A stretch of DNA of 14,098 bases, taken from NCBI GenBank assembly GCA_046153645.1, contig JBJXGI010000082.1, positions 1 to 14,098 on the forward strand. Direction: 5' to 3'. Positions 1 through 9,600 of this stretch are shown piece by piece. Both the position numbers and the translations under genes were made by a program. Under the pieces are notes generated by a model. That model worked only from the letters and a program-made list of their open reading frames with translations, made no database searches and was not told the origin of the DNA. The number at the start of each line of letters is the position of its first letter. The stretch's first letter is position 1. This stretch comes from Elusimicrobiota bacterium (GTDB taxonomy: Bacteria; Elusimicrobiota; Elusimicrobia; F11).

Positions 1-1
1 G

Positions 2-547
2 AAATGGGTGGAATGGATTTTTGGTTTATTTATAAATCAGAATATGCGTGAGCTTTCTCTTCGGTTAGGAAATAAAAATTTAGTGGTACCTGTTCAAGTT
101 AATCTAAATCAATTGTCAGCTTTGGCACGCTTATCGTCTAAGTTATCAAAGGATAGGAAGATTTTTGCAGTGGTTTCTTCTCAGTATGATTTTGATATGG
201 CGAAATTATGGTTGGGCAAGAATCCAGCTTTGTCCCAACAGATTGTTTTTGTTTTATCTTCAGATCCTTTCATTAATCAAAATGAAACAGTTTTTATTTC
301 TGAAATTTCATTGGAGTCTGTTTTGAATAGCATTATGAGAACCCAGAATATCTCTAAAGAGATGTTGGCGTTGGGCTTTTTTCCTCAGTTTCAGGTATTA
401 AAGACACCTTCGGTATCGCCAAACCTATCTTTGATTTATGGAATGGACCTGTTTCCACTTTTTGATTCATTACTTTCTGCGCCACTTGAGCTTCAAAATT
501 GGGAAAGAATTCGCTCCTTAGCTCAAGTGTTATCTTCACATGCTTAA
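2..547 (+). CDS. C-terminal part of a hypothetical protein (5'-truncated by the window edge), probably another member of the giant-protein family
   Basis: The frame is open from position 2 (AAA TGG GTG..., K-W-V-E-W), so the GTG at 8 in the ORF track is probably not the real start. The stop is TAA at 545-547. Alternating beta/alpha pattern (NLVVPVQV, KIFAVVSS, QIVFVLSS). It ends in PLELQNWERIRSLAQVLSSHA, which resembles the tail of the next protein. Confidence 0.75.
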   Translation, partial: KWVEWIFGLFINQNMRELSLRLGNKNLVVPVQVNLNQLSALARLSSKLSKDRKIFAVVSSQYDFDMAKLWLGKNPALSQQIVFVLSSDPFINQNETVFISEISLESVLNSIMRTQNISKEMLALGFFPQFQVLKTPSVSPNLSLIYGMDLFPLFDSLLSAPLELQNWERIRSLAQVLSSHA

Positions 548-614
548 TAAAATTAAAAAAATAATATTGGTTGGTTTGTTGATTGTTTTTTCGTGGACGA
601 ATATTTTAACGGCC
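540..614 (+). other. Predicted Sec signal peptide of the giant protein
   Basis: MLNKIKK (basic n-region), IILVGLLIVFSW (hydrophobic h-region), TNILTA-A (polar c-region ending in small residues). No lipobox Cys and no twin-Arg. Confidence 0.7.
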
Positions 615-3600
615 GCTTTAAATTCAAATCCTTATTTTAGAGTTCATGATTTTAAAAAGAACGGGGCTTCTCCCGTTATTATTTTTCAAGATATTCACGG
701 GCATCCAGAAGCTCAAAGGAATATTGCCACTTCTTTTTCTTTGTTTCGTGATAAACGCCCGATTGGAGTTGAAGGCGGGACTGGGGAATTTGATTTTAGT
801 TTATACCACGAACTTCCAAACTCAAAAATAACGAAAGATATCGCTTCTCAATTTTTAAATGAAAATAAAATAGCCGCAGCAGAATATTATGGGCTTACGA
901 TGCCTTCAGAAAAGCTTATTGGAATTGAAACGTCAGCTCTTTATTTACAACATGTAGATGTTTATAAAAAAGCGAATTTAAACCAACAGAAAATAAAAAA
1001 AGAATTGAATGGCTGGGGCCAAGAATTACTGGAAAAAGAGAAAAAATATTATCCCTCCTCGTTATTTAACTTAATCCAAGTTCAGGAGTCTTATTTAAAT
1101 AAAAAACAATCGCTCACTGAGTACATAAAAGTCTTATCAGAATTTGAGGATCTTCCGTTGTCGTTGGAGACTTTTTTAGTAACGGTTCAATTAGAAAAAG
1201 GTCTTAATTTTAAAAATATTCAAAATGATAAAGATCGTTTTATCGAACAGCTAGCAGTCCAAATGTCATCAAAAGAGAAGTTGTTTATTCGTGAGTTGGT
1301 TCTTCAAGTTTCCAATGCCGAAGGTAAATGGAGTGGGCCTTTTTCAATTTTGTTTAGATATGCAGCGGATCGTGGTATTAAGCTGAATAAATTTCCACAT
1401 TTGAATGATTATTACCGTTATTTGTCATTGGTTGATTCACTTAAAATGGAATCTATCTATGATGAATTAAGTCTTCATGAAGAAAGCGTTTTTGAATCTT
1501 TATTAAAGAAATGCCCTCCTTTAGCCCATAATATTTTTAAGGCGCGTCAGTATAAACTTTTACTTCAAAAGCTTGCCCAGTTTGAAATGACACCGCAAGA
1601 ATGGGATAAATGGGAAAAAAGAAAAGCCCCGTTAGATCTTAATTCAATGAAACATATTCCCATTTCTCTCAGAGATCAATCTTTACTAGCCCCATTTGAA
1701 GATTTTTACCGTATTGCGGATTTAAGAAGTGCCGACATGGTCAAACATATCATTAAAAATAAATTAGGACGGGTTGTCTTAGGGGGCTTTCATACACAAA
1801 AAATAGAAAACCTTTTAAAAGCTAATAACGTGGATTATTCAGTGGTTCGCCCTAAAATAACCAGTCTTAAGTTTGAAGATACCAATATTTATTTAAGCGC
1901 GTTTGCCCAAAAAGAATCATTCTTGGAAAAGTTTTTTCTTCGGTGGAAGTTGTTTTTGTCTCATCCTATCCAAATGGGGACAGCACCACTTTTAAAAATG
2001 GGCGATCCTGTTGGAGAGTTTGAAGAGGTGTGGATGAATAAAGCCAATAAGCAAGAAAAGAAAATAGCCAAACCGCTATTTCAAAAAATAAAGTCAACAA
2101 CTCGAAAAATTTTATTGAGACCTTCTGTTAAAGAAACATTTCAATATTTAAGTGTTTTTTCTGCTGCACTTGTCACGTTAAACCCAACCCTTTTGGTTTT
2201 GGGGGTTTTCATTCAGATGTATTTATTTCCTCGAAATCATCCTCGAGATGGGGGGAGAATATATCGAACTGTTATGAGTGTTTTTGTTCTTTTATCCGCC
2301 ACAGGGGTATTTTTGACAGCAAAAGATTTATTTCAAAATGAGTGGGTCGCTTTATCATTCGCAATAATTCTTATTATGGTCTGGCACGAATGGCACATTC
2401 GAACCTATCAAAACGTTATTAAGTCTCGATCAATGAAAAGCCCTTTAACTCCTATATCCAAAATTTATATGGCTATTCATAAATTATTTTTTGGTGATAA
2501 CATTTTTCTCTTATCGGTTGAGAAATTTAAGCCTATTGATGTGTCTAAATTTGATTTTGATGTCGATATTATGAGTGATGAGGAATTTGGGGCTCTCCTT
2601 TTTTTAGTTCGATTGGAAAATATAGAGAGTGTCATAAATTTAGTTTCATTCACTGAGCAGTATTATGAATTGATTGAGAAAACAAAAAATACCAAACGGA
2701 AAGCTGAGTTGGAAGTTGTTTTTGCAGATGGGATTGATATTCTTAGTAGAAAACTTGACGAGGTAGGATCGTCGGGAGAGTTAAAAATACGTTTTGACAG
2801 AATGAAAGAAAAAGCACTTGGCATGCCCCGATCATTTTCTTTGGTAGATAACGTGATCAAATATCCATCAATTATATTGAACTTGGTTAACCAACTAGAT
2901 GATAGACAGTTCTCTTATTTTTTAAAAGCCATTACGGATGCCAATCCTCCTGATTTCAATGTTCATTTGCTTATTCTTGAAAATCTGATGGAAGCTATAA
3001 AACTCGATTCAAGTAATTTAATAAAGATGAAATTGCTTGGAGTATTTACTAATAAATTTCATGCGGCGATGGCGTACTTGGCAAAAAATGAAAAATTTTA
3101 TTCAGATGGAAATATTGACCGAATTGAAAAATTGTTAACTTTTGCTTCGGATCAATGGATTGGATTAATTCATGAGGATCCCGATTTAATTAGAACCAAG
3201 TCTGTTTATATAGATGTCTTGGTTAAATATTTAAAATTAGGCCATAAATTAGGTTTTGAAAATAAAATAGCTGAAAAGTTTTATCCGAGGATTCGTTCTT
3301 TATTAGTTTATGAAAATAAGCAATTTCCAAACGTTTATAATGCTTTACTTAAAGTAGTTGGGATGACGCCGCAGTTGATAGCGAAAAAATCAGATTTTTC
3401 AGTATTGCAGGATATTTTAGACCGTGAATTTAGGGATTTTTTACCAGCGCGAGAAGAAGGGATGGGCCCTCTCCCAGGATTTATTTTGGTTTCTGCCCCA
3501 GGCTTGCTGGAAAAAGGTGATTTGCGACCTTTTTATGAAGTGTTATTCGTAATTTCAAAAAATTTCCAAGAACTTCATCAACTTTCTGCAGAACGTAAAA

Positions 3601-6600
3601 CAGCATTAGTGGGATCTATTGAGCTTATTGCCGGTATTTTCACTTTAATAAATCGACCTGAAATAAGTGAATTACTTCAGGTTTTTATAGAAGAGTTAAA
3701 AAAAGACCGGCCAGATCTATCACAGATCGTGTCTAAATCTCTTTTGTTGTCCTATCAACTAAAAGACCCCAAAATAACTCAAAACATCTTGATGGGTTTT
3801 TATCATTGGATCAATACCAATAGTGACGGTTATGAAGGCGTTAAAATTATTTCTGATTTTGAAGATACAAAAAAACCTTTCTGTTTTTATAATAAAGCGT
3901 TTGAAAAATGTTTTGATGGGTTAACGAATGAGGAATTTCAACCATTTATTAAATTCCATATTGAAGGTGCGCTTAATTTTCTTATTTTTAAAAATAATGA
4001 TTCATATTTAGGGCAAATTAAATTTGGACTTCAGGAATACCTTGAAAAACTAGTTGTATATGATGGACGCGTGCATTTTTCTTTAATGGGTATTTTGGAG
4101 GCAGTCGAGGCGTATCCTGCAAATTATTTGGGTAACACTTTGTCTGAATATTTATATTCCTTAACAGCCCCTTTTTTGAATGTTGATTGGATTGATAAAT
4201 TCCCAGCTGAAGTATTCAAAATGTCCCAATATGTTTTAAAACTTTCGGTGAGTAAAAAAAGTAACCTGCCACAATTGTATTTCATTTATTCGGAGTCGGC
4301 TAAAAAAGCATCCCAATGGAATATCGCGCTTTATGATGGGAAGCAAAGTTATGTCGCTATTAACTTTTCCCGTTTAACCAAAAATCTTACCCCTCAAGAA
4401 TTAGAACTTTTTAATTATGATTTTATTCCATTCCTTTTTGATCTTTACCGAGATAGGTCTTATTCATTGGTGTTAAGTTATCTTTCGGCTTATTTATCTT
4501 TTTTAGAAAAAAAATCTGAATTTAAAAAGTCTCTCTCAAATCGAAATAAGGCTATTCTGGGTATTTTGTGGGAAAACTCACAAATTAAACGTGAGAGCAG
4601 CTCTCCAGATGAACAAGGTCTCAAAAGAGTGATCGATGCCATTTATTTATTGTTAAGTGATGATGATCGAACTCTTATTCAGGAAAAGATAGTAAAAAGA
4701 CTGTTCATGGATTATCTCATTGAACTTGCCATAAAAAAATCTAACCTCAAATATATATCCGTTGCTCAATTGATATTTAAAGATTTGTCTTCATCGACAT
4801 CTGAGGGATTTTCGACAAGATCATTTCCACTCCTAAATGGTTTGGAAATACCTGGTGACCAGGATTTATCAACGCTTAACCCATTTTTACCTGCTGTGAT
4901 CAAACAAGACGTTGTTGAAAGAAATGGTGAGCGGGAGATACTAAACGTTCCTATTTTTCCCATTGTTGATGAAGTTGATGAAATTTTGTTGGTAACCAAA
5001 AAGTCTCAAATCAACGCGGCTAATAAGAAAGAAGGTGGCGATAATAATTCGGTTCATGAAAACTGGGAGCCTTCAGAAATAGAAAGCATTTCTATTTATT
5101 CTTCTTCCCGCTTAGAAAAAGAAATTTGGAAAAGTCTTCATAGTAAAGACCCTTTAAGTGGATTAGCCCGAATAAAGAAAGATTTGGTTGAGAAAACCCC
5201 TTTTTTCCCATGGGTTAGTAAGTATATTTCTGTGATAACTCTTATCGAGTTAGGATTGAATAAAGAAACCCCTGATTTAGACGAAGTTTTTAAATGTTTG
5301 CATAAGTTGGTATATGATTCTCCCTACTCATTAGCATATTTCGAATCAATATCTTTTTTTATGCGAGACCTTGTTCATATTGATTGGCAATTTCTTAAGC
5401 CCGTTATTAATAAGTTCATGTTATTTCAAGGTAAAAATATTTATATGACAGATGCTGAAAAAATGATGTTGTCATTTTTTTACTTTCGATTGCTGGGTCG
5501 CATAGAAGATGATGAATTAAGCTCTTGGCTCAAACCTGCCTCAGAAGAATTACGACTTTTTCTTAATCTCTTTTTAGATAAAAAAAATAAAAATATTGTG
5601 TTTAATCCAGCGCCATATCAGCCAATGAAAAATATTGAAACGATTTCTTATGTTTTAGGTATCCCATTTTCTTCAGATGACTATAAATTCGACGATTCTG
5701 AAAATGAATTTATGTCAACTTGGCCGGGAGTTCTTGAAATTAAAAACGAATTGAAGCTTGTTTATAGAGTGATGTCAGGATCAATAGAAAAAGGAAATAT
5801 TGAGAGAATTTCCACGGATAGAGTAAAAAATATAGCGGCAAAAACTGTCTTTTCCGATTTGTTGGAAAAAGTTTTACTTATGGGGGAATTAGGCAGTTCT
5901 CGGGATTATATTCTTGCTTTAAGAGTTGCAGATTTGTATTCGAGATTATTTTCAACAGGGAAAGGGATAGAAAACTTAACCTTTTATTCTCATGCTTTTT
6001 ATCCCGCTGTGTCTCATCTAGACCCTACGGGACGATGGTTTTTGGATGCAATTTCAGTTTCCAGCCAGATGCTTAAGTTAATTCAAAAAAGTTCTCCTTC
6101 TGTTTTTCGTGATGGATTGATAGCAAGTGTTGATGAAATACTTGAGAAGTGCGAAACATTTGCAAAGAACTTGGGCACTTATTGTTCTGCTCTTTTATCG
6201 GAAGAAGTTTCTCGAGTTATATTGAGTGGAAAAATAGATCAAGATGTGAATTTCATTGTTGAAATAAACAAAGGTAGTTTTTTAGATTTTTACTTAAGTA
6301 TGTTTAAGTGGGAAATAACAACAATAATAAAAATGTTGAAAAGAGGGATAGGGCAAAATGGTGTTTTTCGAGATTTTTTAAGAGGGAATTTTATCTTTGC
6401 CATTTTTCTGCTAAACCCTACTGAATCTTGGGCCCATTCGCTTAAAAGATTAAGAAATGAAATTTCTGCTGAAAATGGTTTTTCTGATCAAGAACTGAGA
6501 ATTGCCAAAATTTTTGAATCGTTTTTTTCATCGGAAAAATCTTCTAAAGAAAAATTGGAGAGTTTGGTTTATTATGTTGAATTATCTTTTCAAAATAGTA

Positions 6601-9600
6601 GAACTAAAGTCGCGGAAGGGTTTCTGTTCCCGTTTGCAATGCTGTTAGCTCTCGTAAAAGAAGAAGACCCTGAATTTGTTAGGACTGTTTCTTTCCCTGT
6701 TTTTGAAAAATTAGCTCAAAAAAATGATGACCCAGAATTTAAGTTGAAAGTCAGTTTTCTTAAATATGTACTTGATAATTTCAACGATCCTCAAAAATTA
6801 CTACAAAAAATTGAAGAGAAAGATTTCTGCAAGCTTGATCCAGGGGAAAAGTTAGATTTAAAACTAATATTAGCGTATAAGTTGCAAATACCAGAAGCAA
6901 AACAATACATGCTGGATTTTTTAAATGGAGCCCCATCGTATTTTCAAAATGATTTTTCATTACATAACTTGCTAACCTCCGGTTCAATTTTTCCTTTATT
7001 TAAAGATGCTATTTGGGCTTACACTAAAAATTACTTTCAAGATAATGATACTTCATGGAAAACTCTCTCAGGGTTTAGCGAAAAAAACATGATCCGATTA
7101 TTGGATTTGTCAGTTCTCTTGGGTTACACAGAAGCGGGAATTTTAAGGTATACACTAATAAAGACTGATGATGAAAGAAGACGATTATTCAATGTAATGA
7201 CGCCAGATCAATGGTTTTATTTGATTGCAGAACTCATCAAAGAAAAGAAAATCAAGGAGGCTGAAGAACAATTGAAAAATGCGCAGGTTCATCTGAGGGG
7301 AATAGAATATCCAGAAACATTATTGAGACAGGTAGAGGCTTTACTAAAGCCCTATCAAGAAGCACGGATTCTTATTCCTAAAACGGCTGAACAATTAAGA
7401 GGTTTATTAAGGTTGGAGAACTTGGGAACATTAGATGAAGTTCTTCGTTCCGTTCCCAGGTATTTGTTTCCCTATTTCAATGATCCTAAGACTGTGAATG
7501 AAATTGAATCTTTCATTTCAACTCTGACTTACTTGGTTGATTTTTTAAAACGAATAGATTCAATTACGGATGATGAGTCCATTAAAAAGTTATTATCGGA
7601 TATAAGAAGTAGTCCTCTCAATAAAACTCATTCTAATATTGCCAAGTTTCTTGTTAAGGTCGTTGAAGGAATAGGTTCTTTTGAAAATGAAATGATCAAG
7701 GGAGATTTATCACAAGCTGAGCAAGCGCTTTTTGAGTTAGATGGAATCCTGACCCAGCCAAATCTTCGTATTCTAAGGGTTGATAAAAGTAAAGATCGAG
7801 TTAAAAAATCAAAAGAAGAAATTGACGGCGCTTACCTTTTGTTAAAAGATGCGGCGACTCAAAAAAATTGGTTTGGAGACAATGGGGTTTATCCTTTAAT
7901 TCAGTCTATATTTAAAAGATCAAAAAAACACAAGCCAACTCGGGATTGGATACTGCAATTTTCAACTGAATGGCTAAAACAAAGGCAAAAAGAAATTGGG
8001 TTTAACGAGCTGAAACTTATTCAAAACCTGGTTACCATTATTCTTGAAACAAAAGTATTTTTAAGTGGAGAAGAAGGTTCCCTTCGAACTATTTTTAAAG
8101 GATTTATTAAAGTTCGAGGGGTACAAGTATTAAGAGATTTGCAATCCAACTTATCTTTTTTACAGCTTAAGCGAGCGGCTCAGGAATACAAACAAGAGAA
8201 AGCGGGTCAAGTTGACACTCCTTTTGGGCAAGTAAAAACTGTCCCCATTTATCAGTTTTCATCAACGGGTTTTCAAGTTTATGTGGATGAAAGGACCAGG
8301 AAAAAATATCTTATTATCAAAGAACTCAATTTGCCAGAGCCCAACGGTAAAAAAATGGCAGTTTTTTCAGCAAGTGATGGAAGTCTATTCACCAAAACCA
8401 ATGTGGGTATTATTAAGGATTACCAAGTTGTTTTAAAAATTCCTTCCAAAAAACCAATGCGGGTCCCTGTTCTGTTTGTGGGGATGAGAGATCCCAAGGG
8501 GAGTATTTCAGAATATGCAAAGTTCAAAACTTTCCCTCCAGGGATTATTTTCGAAATAGATCCCAGGTATTCAAATGATTTTGATTTGCTCACTGTAAGT
8601 GAGATTAATCGGTCAACATCAAGTCATCTTTTGCGATTTATTGATGATTTAAAATTAGTTGCCCAGATTCGTTCGCTTGAAAAAGTTGTTGATAGGGTTG
8701 GTCTTAATTTGGATGTTCCCAATACAGGAAACCCTTTGTTAAATGAAATGCTGGGGCTTCAAATTAATTTGGCCAATCTGGAAGGAGTGTTTTCTAAAGG
8801 AAAAGATAATGGGAAAGGGAAAACGACCCCTACCGATAATCCTAGAATTCCGGAATCTTCTCTTCAATTTGCTAACGACAAGTTAGACCCGTTTCAACAG
8901 AGTGCTGTTAAAAAAATTATTAAAAAAGTTAAAAAAGGCCAACCAGGATTTATGGTGGTTCAAGGGTCTCCGGGGAGCGGGAAAACAACATTATCTGCTG
9001 AAGAAGCTCATCAATTAACCAAAGAAGGACATATTGTTGTTGCCTTAAGCCACACACATTTTGCGGCCAATAATTTGGCCAAAAAACTTATTAATAAAAT
9101 TCCTTTTATTAGAGCTGCGGCGGTGGATAAAAAAATTGTGAAGTCACTGCGTGGTTATCACTCTCGCCGACTAAAAGATTTGTGGGAATTTATTGAAAAA
9201 AGAGAAATGGCTTTAAAATTAAGGCAAACTCCCCCTGGTTTTGTTTATATTTCAACCGCGGATGGGCTTTTTGGCGATCCTATTTTTAAATTATTTGATT
9301 TGTATTTGACCGGTGCGCCTATGAACGACGTGAGAGACTATTATTCTTATTTGTCCAACATGTTGATGAAAGAAAAAATTATCTTTGATAAAAATGGTGA
9401 AGGAGAAAAATCTCGGTCTTATACACCAATTGTTTTGTGTTTAGAAGAGAGTGGGCAATTAACCAAGGCCGAAGAATTGGCCGCCATGGAATTACTGCGA
9501 GCGGACGTTCTGTATTCTATAGGAGATCATGATCAACTGCCTCCCTATGGTGCAAACCTATCCGATAAAAAAGAAATTTTAGATCAAATGAAACAGGGGC

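Noticed and set aside
8..10. GTG as the start of a stand-alone 179-aa protein
   Set aside because: The frame is open to the window edge, so the true start is probably upstream.
354..539. 61-aa minus-strand ORF
   Set aside because: Antisense to the upstream CDS, with no recognisable motif; a shadow ORF.
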